This document shows positions 27,807 to 39,185 of a DNA stretch of 64,000 nt, piece by piece. The position numbers were made by a program, and so were the translations under genes. Position 1 is the first letter of the stretch, and each line of letters starts with the position of its first letter. Below the pieces are notes generated by a model. The model saw only the letters and a program-made list of their open reading frames with translations, was not told where the DNA came from and ran no database searches. The stretch lies in the NCBI RefSeq assembly GCF_037042905.1, contig NC_087245.1, positions 25,546,001-25,610,000 on the forward strand. Reading direction: 5' to 3'. The stretch comes from Lytechinus pictus. Its lineage: Eukaryota.

Positions 27807-28228
27807 GCCGATACTTAGGATCTATTTAATCATCTAGGCCTAGCCTAGATCTATTATATTTTCATAAAATGGAAATCCACTTGTAAGCAAAAAAATTTAA
27901 AAAATGTTAAATGACTCAATAAGGTTTATCAAACAAGATTAAAAACCTGAAAAACATAATAACTGTGAGAATAGAACTTTCTCTTGCCATATCACGATAT
28001 CACACACACACCGGCCGGCCTCTGGTCGACGTGAAGTCTCGACGGGCGCAGACCCACTCCATCCGAGGGAAGCATCGCTTCGTCAAGTTACATGTAGCTA
28101 ACATAACAACAGTCGACAACAGTTGTTAGACAGGGCAAACTTGGGTACCGTACTCATTTGAGATTTTCACATTTCAGCTAATTTACTTGATAAAAGTGGC
28201 ATGCAATAATACTACTACCAGTACTCAC

Positions 28229-28340
28229 TTTTGAAAGAAAAAAAAAGAGTCCTCAGTTTGCGTAAAACACAATTCCAGAATAATTTTGCTTGACAGCAGC
28301 AACAACAAGCTTTCCACCCTCGGCTTCCGCTAAGTACGTG
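28229..28340 (-). other. CDC6: Probable non-coding first (5' UTR) exon of CDC6
   Basis: Strong donor AAG|GTGAGT read on the minus strand at 28229/28228, just downstream of the E2F/CCAAT cluster. The ATG exon is preceded by an acceptor (ttttctttgcag, AG at 25083-25084). The transcription start is approximate. Confidence 0.55.
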
Positions 28341-28348
28341 TAACTTGC

Positions 28349-28436
28349 ATTGGCTTCCAATTCCCGCGAAATCGAGTTCCGCGCGAAATAGTCAGCTGAT
28401 TGATCTAGCGTCCCCAAACGAGTCATCTGATTGGTC
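28349..28436 (-). promoter_or_regulatory. CDC6 promoter: E2F sites and CCAAT boxes
   Basis: TTCCCGCGAAA at 28361-28371 gives overlapping E2F sites on both strands. GCGCGAAA at 28381-28388 reads TTTCGCGC on minus. ATTGG/CCAAT motifs at about 28349, 28357 and 28430. Locally CpG-rich. E2F control of CDC6 is established in mammals. Confidence 0.7.
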
Positions 28437-28490
28437 GGTCCAACAACCCATAGCATGCACCTCTTGTATTGCATATTGCAGTACCTTTAA

Positions 28491-29424
28491 GGACGTTCCA
28501 CAGTTATGTTTGTGTGCATTATGATCTGCGCATACTTTACACTCTGCGCGCTGACGTCACAATGGATGAACAGGTGATTAATTAGCTCTGGGTATGAGCT
28601 GATTTTTCTCATCATCTGCACTCTAACTGCAGATCCGATGCATTATCTTATGAAGCTAAAAAATTGAATTATTCCATGGACCATTTTAAAAATCATCTCT
28701 ACAATTTCAAAATACTTTACTCTGCAGTGCTGCCAAGAATCACGAATTAGTCCCCGAGTTTGAATAAATGGTAGAGTGGTTTTGATTTTTTCTTCACATA
28801 GATACAAAGCATTCGGCACATTTTTTGTGTTTAATAAAGCACATTTCCAAAAAAAAAATGCTGATAGTTTAAAAACAAGCACATGAACCCCCATTTTTTA
28901 ATGTTTATACCTCTTAGGTATACCTTCCTCTACAACTTTGCAAATATTGGTGAAAATGACATGGATTTTGAATAAAGTGCAGCATTTATTGTACTTTTGT
29001 AGTATGTTATTGAAATTTCACATTTCTTTAGATTGGGTTTTTGTTATCTTTTACGCCATTTTAAGAACTGACAGTGCTGTTAGACTTAAAACTGCAAACA
29101 AATAGCACTATAAATAGATTCTCCATTCTAACGATACAATTATTAACTCTCTTGCGAAATTTGATGACTTTTTCATGTATTTTGACTGAGTAATACAGGT
29201 TTAAACTCATTGTAGTAATCTTGCGAGGTCTAAAAATGCCAAATTCTTTTGAATGCGCAATTCTTAACAACATCAATTTGGGTGAACTTTGAAGCTCTAT
29301 AGCAAAAAATCAAGCACATGGACCTATGTTAATTTTTGCATATTTCGAATATTAAGGTTCTAAAGTATCTATGTGCAAAGTTTGATGAAAATGACATGGA
29401 TTTCACTTTAACTGTGGAACGTCC
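28491..29424. mobile_element. Kolobok-like non-autonomous transposon abutting the CDC6 promoter
   Basis: 16-bp TIR ggacgttccacagtta / taactgtggaacgtcc with TTAA on both sides. Purine (GG) termini favour Kolobok over piggyBac. Confidence 0.85.
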
Positions 29425-30048
29425 TTAAACAAACTGAGTGTGCGTAGTAGACGGGGTAATAGATACATGATATTTTAAAATGTCTGCATATCAGGGTATA
29501 TCATAAAACAGAGACCTTCTGTGCATTACAAAAATATTATTTCAAATATGCGATATGGCAAGTTATATGGGCACTGTTTGAGGCTAACGTTACTTCTCAG
29601 AATAATTGATATATTTTAGGGAAAACTATATTACAGTCTCATTTTTTTTTTTTTTTTTTTTTTTTTGGGGGGGGGGGTATTTTTTCAATTACAAGACCAC
29701 ACATCTCTACCATCAATCAGTAGACACAGTTACTGTTACCAATCAGAACTTCCTCTTTGAATATTGCTACTTGGCCTTCATAGTGTGCCTGTGCGTATAA
29801 AATCAGTAGATATATGTCAGGCCCCCTCCCCCTACATGTTATGTATGTACATGTATATTCATATATTGTCCTTATCAGGAAATTTAATACCAAAATGCTC
29901 GTTCATTGAACGAAATGACACTGATTTTTTTCTCTTATTATAACAATGTTATTCTTATTATTTTCTTTGTTGTTCAAGGGCAAACTTACAGTCTCATTTT
30001 GTGGTATTTCTTGGTAAAATATAGTTTCATAGCTCAAGTCTTATCTCA

Positions 30049-31576
30049 CAGGGGCGGCGATTCGCCTGCATGGGGGCTCAGTGCCCCCACTCTTCGAAGC
30101 ACTGAAAAGGTGCCGTTTTTTTACGCAAGAAAAATGCCCCCCCCCCCCATGAACGTGTAGTAATGAAATAAAATGAAAATCCATAACGTAACTGTGCCCC
30201 TTTCAGAAGAGGAGCCGTTTTATGCGTTTCCAAGTGCCATATCTCGTATCGGTGCCCCCTTTTACCCAAGTAGAGTGCCCCTCACGAACGTGCTCTGTAT
30301 GCCCCTTTCACCTAAGGATCCGTTTTATGTCTGAGCAAGCAGTGTGTATTTGAGTTTTGTCAGACGTGTATCAATCAGATATGATTATTTACGTCTGGGA
30401 CCGACCTTTAACGTCACCATCCGAAAGACGTGACCAGGGCTCGAACCTCGAACCTCTGCATCAATTTGTAACTTCCCCCACATAGCTTGGATACAGGCGC
30501 ACGCCACAACGCCCAGTTGTGCTCTCAGTGCCTTCTTTTAAGTGCCCTTTCTCGAATCAGTGCCCCTTTTTAAAGAAAAGTGCCCCTCATGAACATGTGC
30601 CCCTTTCGCCTCAGTGGCGTAGCTACGGGGGGGGGGGGCCTGGGGGGGGGGCACGTGCCCCCCCCCCCTGAGATTTGGTGTGCCCCCCCAGAAAAAATTG
30701 GCAGAGCAAAAAAAAAAAAGGAAAGAAAAAAGGGAGAAGAAACGAAAAAAAGAAAAAGGAAAAGAAGAAGAAAGACAGAAGAAAAAAAGAAGAAGAAAAT
30801 AAGAGGAGGAAGACGAGTGAATGAAATAATGTAATTAAAAAAACAAATCTTTTATGTTACTAAATAAAAATTTTGCTGGCGCTTCGCGCCAAAATTGCCT
30901 GTTCAATGAGATTCATATCTTGCTCAATAGGCTGATATGGAGCAAGTTTTGAAGTCAATATGCAAAACATATTTTAGTTCGATATCGAGCTTTCATAATT
31001 TTTTTTTCATTTACAAATTTAAGTGCTCTGTAAAATGTCCGTTTTATGGTCTACATATATCAGCATTTTAAGCTCACGCTGCGTGGTCACATTGTTTGAT
31101 TTGCAAAGTTCATATTGTCTACGTGTATTCCATAACGTTCCATTAAACAAATGTATTCAGAATGCCCAGATTCTAGGTCTACATCTACAACACGCGCGAT
31201 AGCCTGCATGTTCTTTATTTAAAATGTACATGTACTTGAATTATCCAGTTTCACATCAGAATATCAATAATTGTCTTTGTTTTAAGATAATGGCCGTGCG
31301 TAGCGGGGGGGGGGGTGGGGGTTAGGGGCAGTTGCCCCCCTTCCGAAATTTAGAAAACTCAATTTTTTTACTGCAGATTTTCACAAAACCAAAAGTATGC
31401 ACAAACTCCATCAATTTCACTTAACAAAATGCAAAAGCGCCTTATTAAGCTCCCTCGCTTTCGATTAAAAAAAATTGTGCACACAGCCATGTTCAAGATA
31501 GTGCCCTTTTGAAAGAAAAGATGCCTTTGTTCTATGTGCCCCCCTCCCCAATTTCAACTTCGCTCCGCCGCCCCTG
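30049..31576. mobile_element. hAT-like element hosting nested insertions
   Basis: caggggcggcg ... cgccgcccctg ends, 8-bp TSD ttatctca/ttatctta, many gtgccc subterminal motifs. Contains the SINE at 30331-30517 and another CAGTGGCGTAGC-type left end at about 30612. Confidence 0.75.
30331..30517 (-). mobile_element. SINE-like insertion with a 7SL/Alu-like 5' head, B-box and Deu-like core
   Basis: Minus strand reads ACTGGGCGTTGTGGCGTGCGCCTGTATCCAAGCTATGTGGGGG...GGTTCGAGCCC...GTCTTTCGGATGGTGACGTTAAAGGTCGGTCCC. It interrupts a host repeat motif and has tgt on both sides. Confidence 0.7.
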
Positions 31577-32360
31577 TTATCTTACATTACTGCTATTATG
31601 TTTTACCGTAATATCTTAAATTTATATTGTAATTGTTAATGTAATTTCTTGATTATTTTTGTTGATTTCGTTATTGTTTTAATGCAACATCTATAAATTC
31701 AGCTTTTCAAGCTGCGATTACACGTCATGTTCAACATGTTCGTTCAACAAATCTTAAATCTTGAATTAGTTTTATTTTTTTCAACAGGTATTATGTGATC
31801 TGTAATTATTGGTGAAAATCAATAAAATACAAATAAAAAAGAAAGAAAAATCCGAATTGATTATTGAAATGTGATTGTTTAAAAACTGACATTCCTAAAG
31901 GCTGGATGATATTTGTAACAGAATGGGGAGCAATGATTCTGCCCAAAATGTCCTTTCCTAATTCGGTATTATTACGCTTAGTTATAGACATGATTATTAG
32001 ATTCTCTTTTTGTCTATAAGAACAAAGGGCCCTGGGAAAGATTTTTAAATAGAGGGTGTTGAAATTTGTTCAGGGGATTGTCGTTAGAAAAATAATTGTA
32101 TAGCACAAAAAAAAAGAGAAAATGAATAGAAAAAACTCTCCGTGTCATTCGGGAGCAATATAAAATTTTTTCATTTTTTTGTGTTTTTTTGTTGCTTGTA
32201 AACCTCATTTTCCAGGAGAGGATGCGGCCTGGTAAATAACATACACGACACACCGAACCCCCGCTTCCCAGGGCCTTGTCGGAACACTAAGCAACACTGA
32301 GACTTAATTAGATTGTTTACTTTGCTCACACTGTTTTTCAGAAAGTGTAAAATTCATTAA

Positions 32361-33478
32361 AGGAGAATGAAACCCTTGAAACCAACTGAATCCATATCAA
32401 AGAGAAAAATCAAAGAAACATATTGTTGAAAGTTTGAGGAAGATTGAATGAATAATAAGAAAGTTATGAGCATTCGAATATTGAGATCACTAGTGCCATG
32501 TAGATCCTCCCAACGGCAATGCGACCAAGATCTGTGATATCACACACGTACAACTCCCTCATTACTTTAGTACTTATTTCACTTATATTCTCACTTTTAT
32601 AGAGTCTACCACAAGGTGAGGTGTTCCCTTTATGAGATGACAAGTACAGAGGTTTCACAACATTATATCATTGATGAATCGTTTGTCATATGATTAGAAT
32701 GAGCAAAAAGAGATGTTTTGGGGTATATTTTCAGTGTCCAAATGGGAGAGTTGTACGTGTGTGACATCACAGATCTTGGTCGCATTGCCAATGGGAGGAT
32801 CTCCATAGCATTAGTGATCTCGACATTCAAATGCTCATAACTCTTTTATTGCTAGTCCTATTTTACTCAAAGTTTTGTTGATCTAAATTCATTAAAGGAG
32901 AATGAAACCCTTGAAACCAACTGAATCCATATCAAAGAGAAAAATCAAAGAAACATATTGTTGAAAGTTTGAGGAAGATTGAATGAATAATAAGAAAGTT
33001 ATGAGCATTCGAATATTGAGATCACTAGTGCCATGTAGATCCTCCCATCGGCAATGCGACCAAGATCTGTGATATCACACACGTACAACTCCCTCATTAC
33101 TTTAGTACTTATTTCACTTATATTCTCACTTTTATAGAGTCTACCACAAGGTGAGGTGTTCCCTTTATGAGATGACAAGTACAGAGGTTTCACAACATTA
33201 TATCATTGATGAATCGTTTGTCATATGATTAGAATGAGCAAAAAGAGATGTTTTGGGGTATATTTTCAGTGTCCAAATGGGAGAGTTGTACGTGTGTGAC
33301 ATCACAGATCTTGGTCGCATTGCCAATGGGAGGATCTCCATAGCATTAGTGATCTCGACATTCAAATGCTCATAACTCTTTTATTGCTAGTCCTATTTTA
33401 CTCAAAGTTTTGTTGATCTTATTCTTTGATTTTTCTGCTTTCACAAAAGCTAACTTGCTCCAAGAGTTTCATTCTCCT
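32361..33478. mobile_element. Kolobok-like MITE with a 535-bp tandem duplication
   Basis: ttaa|aggagaatgaaac ... gtttcattctcct ends. 32350-32884 is repeated at 32885-33419 almost identically. Confidence 0.85.
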
Positions 33479-33915
33479 AAGTGTCTCGGAAATGACATGA
33501 AATTAATACAGGGAGTTGGGAGGTATATAGACCCGACATGCCCTATGGCATATTCCTTTGGATCGTTTTACCGTTGTTTATCTGCTTCATAATGTATTTT
33601 AAGCGAGGATGTTTCATGGGCATCACTCCGAATTTGAACTGGGGGGAGGGGGGGGGGGGGAGGCACAATACCTTGTCGCCTTTCCTATTAACTACTTTAA
33701 AAAGTTATACCTCATTATATTCCTATACCCCCTTCTCTCTCTCCCTCACCCTCTTCATCTCATCCCCTCCCTCTCCCTCCCCCAGCTTACTCCCAGAGTC
33801 CCAGTCTCTCATTCTCTCTTTCTATATCTTTCCTCCTCATCGCCTCTCTTTCTTTTCACCAATCCCATTGTATCATGTGATGTTCTCACTGCTTGACTAC
33901 ACTCCCCACAAGTTG

Positions 33916-33929
33916 GTTTCCATGGTAAC
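33916..33929. promoter_or_regulatory. RFX X-box motif
   Basis: GTTTCCATGGTAAC matches the X-box consensus; it follows a CT-rich tract. Confidence 0.45.
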
Positions 33930-34460
33930 CTGATTGAAATGAAGTCATGCAGATGAAAACCGGAATGAAGACATTGAGGCATCTTAGAATGATGTCCCTT
34001 TTTTCAGTTTTGGTTCGTGATAATGATTTTCGAAAAAGAGAGGTTCGCCTGAATGAATAATATTCAAGTTTACCCGTCCCTGGGAGGTAATATCTTATGA
34101 AATGACGCCAATGATTTCCCATTGATCAATCTATCATGAAGACTTTCAATAAGAAAATGTTTCCTTTCAAGTAAAATTATAGAAAACAAAATCAAGACAC
34201 TTTCCTGTCTGTCCCAGGTAATCCAACTGTAAAAGGCTTGATTCGATACATTGGCAAAACACTAAAAGAGAAATCAAATAGTCTTGAATGCTTGAAAAGA
34301 AATTAAAAATCACAATTAGATTTAATGGTCACCTTTACGTTTTTGTTCACGTTTGCTGAAAGGAGAGGGGGCTATAATGTCCCCTCGCCAACGAAATACG
34401 TGAGTTTTGTGACGGGGAAGAGGGGGGGGGGGGGGAGCTGTGAGTAGTGGTGAGTTGAAG

Positions 34461-34488
34461 CATGGACCTATTACGTAATAGGTCCATG
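34461..34488. mobile_element. 28-bp palindromic insertion with 7-bp TSD (P-like footprint)
   Basis: gttgaag|catggacctattacgtaataggtccatg|gttgaag. Confidence 0.75.
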
Positions 34489-35091
34489 GTTGAAGTGAGC
34501 TTGTGTGAGTGCCTGGGGAGAGAGATGAGGGGGGAGGGGGTATGGGGGTAAGGTGATTGTGTAGGGACGTTTTAGGATAACCTTCCTCTAATTAACCTTT
34601 AAAATAATATTTTATCCTTTTTTTTATTTCTTGTACAATTAATATGTGCAAAAGAGATTATTTCTATTCTATTCAGGGAAAAAGTCATTTTTTACAAAGT
34701 AGGTTTTTTTTAATTTTGTCGATTGATACGGGTTTTTCCCCTCTGCTTTCACATTGTTATAGAAGAGAAATTTGGCAGTTTAATTTCATTTGTAATCATT
34801 TAAAAAATATTCGTAATCTCATTGATATTGATATATTTATTTGTTTGATTGTTTATTGATTGTATACATACAAAGAATCTTTATTTATATGAATTGTGAT
34901 TGTAAACTTATTGATTTGAAAGAGGAAGAAAATAAAATATTATTCAAAAAAAAAAAAAAAAACGTCAATCCGATCCACTTTTTGGGAGGCAACGTAACGT
35001 TTTCATCTGAAACATTTTTCCTTGTAATTACTAATCTGATTTCTTACAACATGACTTACGTGATCTACGGACTAACATGAGCCACTTTTAA

Positions 35092-35698
35092 AGGACAAGT
35101 CTACATAAAAAAAATGTTGATTTGAATAAATAGAGAAAAATCAAACAAGCATTATGCTGAAAATTTCATCAAAATCGGATGTAAAATAAGAAAGTTATGA
35201 CATTTTAAAGTTTCGTTTATTTTTCACAAAACAGTGATATGCACAACTCAGTGACATGCAAAATGAGACAGTCGATGATGTCACTCACTCACTATTTCTT
35301 TTGTTTTTTTATTGTTTGAATTATACAATATTTCATTTTTTACAGATTTGACAATAAGGACCAAATAATTGATTGAACCATATAAGTATTAAACAATGCT
35401 AATTGCACATGTTCAGGGAGGAATTAATCGTTGTTTCACACGACAACGGAGATAATTGGAATATTTCATATTTCACATAATAAAATACAAAAGAAATAGT
35501 GAGTGAGTTATGCCATCAGTCTCCTCATTTGCATACCGACAAGGATGATAATATAAATGTTTAGTGAAATTAAGCGAAACTTTAAAATGTCATAACTTTC
35601 TTATTTTACATCCGATTTTGATGAAATTTTCAGTGTTATGCTTGTTGGATTTTTCTCTTTTTATTCGAATAATTTTTTTGTTGGGGTGGACTTGTCCT
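35092..35698. mobile_element. Kolobok-like MITE, full length
   Basis: ttaa|aggacaagtc ... gacttgtcct|ttaa with long imperfect TIRs (aaaatttcatcaaaatcggatgtaaaataagaaagttatgaca mirrored). Confidence 0.88.
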
Positions 35699-36000
35699 TT
35701 AAAGAGAGTAATAACAGTATATAATGGAAAGCTGCATGGTCGTGTTATTGATATCACCTCCAGTATAACCTCGCAATTAAAACCTCAAGAATATCTTAAA
35801 ACATGTCTGAATGATACTTAATTACATGTCATGAAGTACAGACAATGATATAGATCTTCTCAATTGTGTATTTGAGAAAGAGAAGAGGAGGAGGGGGAGG
35901 GGAAATACAGGAAGATAGAGGGGAGAGAGAGAGTGGGGGGGGGGAGAAAGATGAAGAGAGTCCACATTGTGTGTCTGATCACACAACTTTTTCTCATGCA

Positions 36001-36014
36001 GTTGCCATGGAAAC
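36001..36014. promoter_or_regulatory. RFX X-box motif
   Basis: GTTGCCATGGAAAC is a near-perfect X-box; it follows a GA-rich tract. Confidence 0.45.
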
Positions 36015-36643
36015 AAAGACCTGTCGAAGAACATGCCATGCCGATGGTTGCATTTTATTAAAAGGCGTTGTTTGCCCATATCAAAGAGAGAGAATAATTA
36101 TGAGGAAAATTGGAATGAGTGTAAGCCAACTAATTTATATTTTTGCATAATGAAAATAATACTGTGCCGTTAAAATTTGCACCATATTATTATTATTCTA
36201 GTATGATTTTTTCGTAAGCGTGGCTTTGAATCTGTTTGAGAATTAATATATCTGAATATTGTATGATAATTGAAAGCAAGATGGGGGATAGTTTGAAATT
36301 TAATAAACAATTTAAAAACTACGATGATGACACCATAAGCAATAACAATGATTGGTCGAACACTGGCATTTTATCTTCATAAGTGGCACAAACTGCTTTG
36401 GGTAAAAAATGAAGAAAATGGGTACAAGGAAAGAACTAGTCTCAGTGAATTAAATACTCCTTTGAAATAATTTCATCTTTGCATTGATAATTATCGTGTC
36501 AAATTTTGGGCCAATTTATTATCATGATAATTCTCTATTTATTTTGCTTGGCTTAGGATCATTTTTATCAATGAGATCCTGCCTGACGTATACGTGAAAA
36601 GGAATACGAGCAGCGAGGAATTCGTCTGGATTTTTCCTATAAG

Positions 36644-36675
36644 CATGGATCCTACTAGTTCTAGTAGGATCCATG
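36644..36675. mobile_element. 32-bp hairpin insertion with 7-bp TSD (P-like footprint)
   Basis: ctataag|catggatcctactagttctagtaggatccatg|ctataag. Confidence 0.75.
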
Positions 36676-37061
36676 CTATAAGCAAGCGTTTTTTCACAAG
36701 TTTTCCATCGAGTATAAATCCGAAAGAGGGCAAAGACGAATGCAGAAATACAGCTTGATAAAAGATATTGCTTATATGTAATATAAGTAATTTGATACCT
36801 TTTGTTCAGGGCGCATGGGCTTCCTACTTTTTTCTTGTAATTTGTTTGAATAAAATATCTAGTCAAGCTTTCACTGTTAAATTATGTTGACTTATTAGAC
36901 ATTGCTAGTCTTCAATCATGAATGAAACATATAGAAATTGAATTTATTTAGCGCAGTCGATTGATCACGGGTATATTCACACTGCTGCTTCAAAATGTGC
37001 AATTTTTTCATTGTGGAATGTGAAACAAACTTTATTTTACATCCTGGACAAAGAAGATCAG

Positions 37062-37229
37062 GGGAGCCGCTTCGTCAACATCCGACAAGTTATCAGATCT
37101 ATACCGTCCGACAAGTCCCATTTCATCAGACAATTACCATAGTAATAGTGCTTCTCTGCCAATCAAATTCAAGGAAAGTTGTCAGACCTGACAATTGTCG
37201 GACAAAAATGTTGATGAAACGCTGGCCCC
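37062..37229. mobile_element. Small Harbinger-like MITE
   Basis: gggagccgcttcgtcaaca ... tgttgatgaaacgctggcccc, with CAG on both flanks. Confidence 0.5.
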
Positions 37230-38123
37230 CAGCGTTCACTTAAGAATGAACAGATATTAAAGGTCCTCTTGTAGATGAAAATCGGAAATCAATCGATGTT
37301 AACAAATCTCCTTCATACGTAAAGACATAATTTTCACAGCATTTCAACCAAATAGAAGGTTTTTTTTCCACAGCTGTTGTTGGATCATTATATTCTACAA
37401 CAAACATTTTCGTATATGATTTTTTATATTATAGGAATTATCATTGAGACGCATATCTGCTCAAAGTAATGATAAATGTCAAGCAAAACATCACAATTGA
37501 AATAATCCCGGAATCACCGTATCTGTGACATCAAAAAACGAAATAAGCATGACAAAAGGAAACAAGCATAACTGTTTTGGATTTTGTATTTCTTCATAAT
37601 TATTATCACAATAAATTATCAGTGAATACATTACCGAATATGTTACTTTGATAGCTAACGACTAAAAAGTTACAACATCCATAAATCGTAGTTACGTACA
37701 TCGTTTATATACAGTAAACCGACAATAAATATGACATGGATGAAGAATGGAATTTTACTGGGAGCATCAGACAACAATTTGCTGGCATCACTGATCAGTT
37801 TGATGTAACTGTAATCCCAGTGCTTTCAGAATCCAACGGAGGTCAGCGAATTAATGATTCTCTAGTGTCTTCGCATGACAGCTGAAGGCAATGCGTCTTC
37901 AATTGACAGTGTTGTCATGACAGTGACATCGTCGTTTTGACCGCAAAATTAATGATGATGATAACTGTCCTCTTTTATTCTCGTTTGCTATGTTGACAGA
38001 TTTTCAATCTGATGGTCCTTCAAAGTGGTACAATTACTGTATAGCCATATTACATTGATTTCTACTATTAATATTTTATTCACCTTCACTTCAGTATTCT
38101 GCAGCTGTCTGAATGATTGCGAC

Positions 38124-38163
38124 CATGGACCTATACTACCCGCACTGACCACATAGGTCCATG
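38124..38163. mobile_element. 40-bp TIR-only insertion with 7-bp TSD (P-like footprint)
   Basis: ttgcgac|catggacctatactacccgcactgaccacataggtccatg|ttgcgac. Confidence 0.72.
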
Positions 38164-38924
38164 TTGCGACAAAGCTCTCAGAAATTTGGTGTACAAAGCC
38201 AGTGGGAAACAAGGTGCTAACGTTTGCAGATAAGAGGCGAACTTCAGTCGATGCCATAATAGGTCGATGCACGTCATGCCGGATTATAATATCATACGCC
38301 GACAATTTATCTTTCAACATAATTATAAAGCAACAATAACTGATAAATGAAAACATTTACCAAGATATAAGATTGCATCAGACCGGAAGGCAAGAGAAGC
38401 AGAACAACGGTGGCAAATGGAAACTAAAAAACATAGTTCACGTGATTGTCTTTTTAAAAGCAAATTTGTTATTGCACATTCCCAGTTTAAAACAAAAAAC
38501 ATCGCAATTTGAGCAATATTCAGAGTAACGCTTTATAAATCACCAGGGAGTATTTCAACAATACATCATTATCCACCGCTGATAATGACACTAGATTAGT
38601 TTTTACTACATGATTCATTATATAACTGCTCATCAACATTCACGTTATTAAGCATACTATATTGTATAGATAAAATATACTACACTGACCATTACGATGA
38701 CATAATTATATTTACAACGTGATTTGGGGTGACAAGATGTATAAGAAGTTTACTTAATTATAGCTATTTTTTATCTAAACATGGAATACATCTTGTGTTT
38801 TTACGATCATCACCTGACTTGGAAATGTAAACAAAATAGAGAACAATATTGAATGAAAGCCAGTGATTTTCTTAATCTAACTTAAAGCAAAAATACATGA
38901 ACGTTATTTAAATAGTCTCGCAAT

Positions 38925-39185
38925 CAGTGGCACAAGAAACCAACAAATTTGAGGGGTGAGATATAACGTATCAGGCAAAAGTATATAAAAAAAAAAGTTG
39001 CGAGCGAGCGAAGAGAGCGAGCAAAAACTGTGACATTCTTATTTCAAAAATCCAATTTTGTGATTGATTTTGACAAAACTTTATGAAAATAATATCCTAT
39101 TTCACCCTTCTCTCTTTCCTTTTCTATTTTTTTCTTGGTCGTGATTTTTTGAGGCGCCCCCAAGCCCCCCCACTGCACACCACTG
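38925..39185. mobile_element. hAT-like MITE
   Basis: cagtgg ... ccactg ends, 8-bp TSD ctcgcaat/ctcgcagt, internal gcgagcgagcgaag motif. Confidence 0.7.

Noticed and set aside
30331..30517. Functional SRP (7SL) RNA gene
   Set aside because: Similarity is limited to the first 40 or so nt, there is no S domain, and it is inserted inside another repeat.
37690..38360. Possible coding exon(s) in moderately GC-rich unique sequence
   Set aside because: No convincing ORF or splice-bounded frame, and the 122-aa ORF runs through a transposon footprint.
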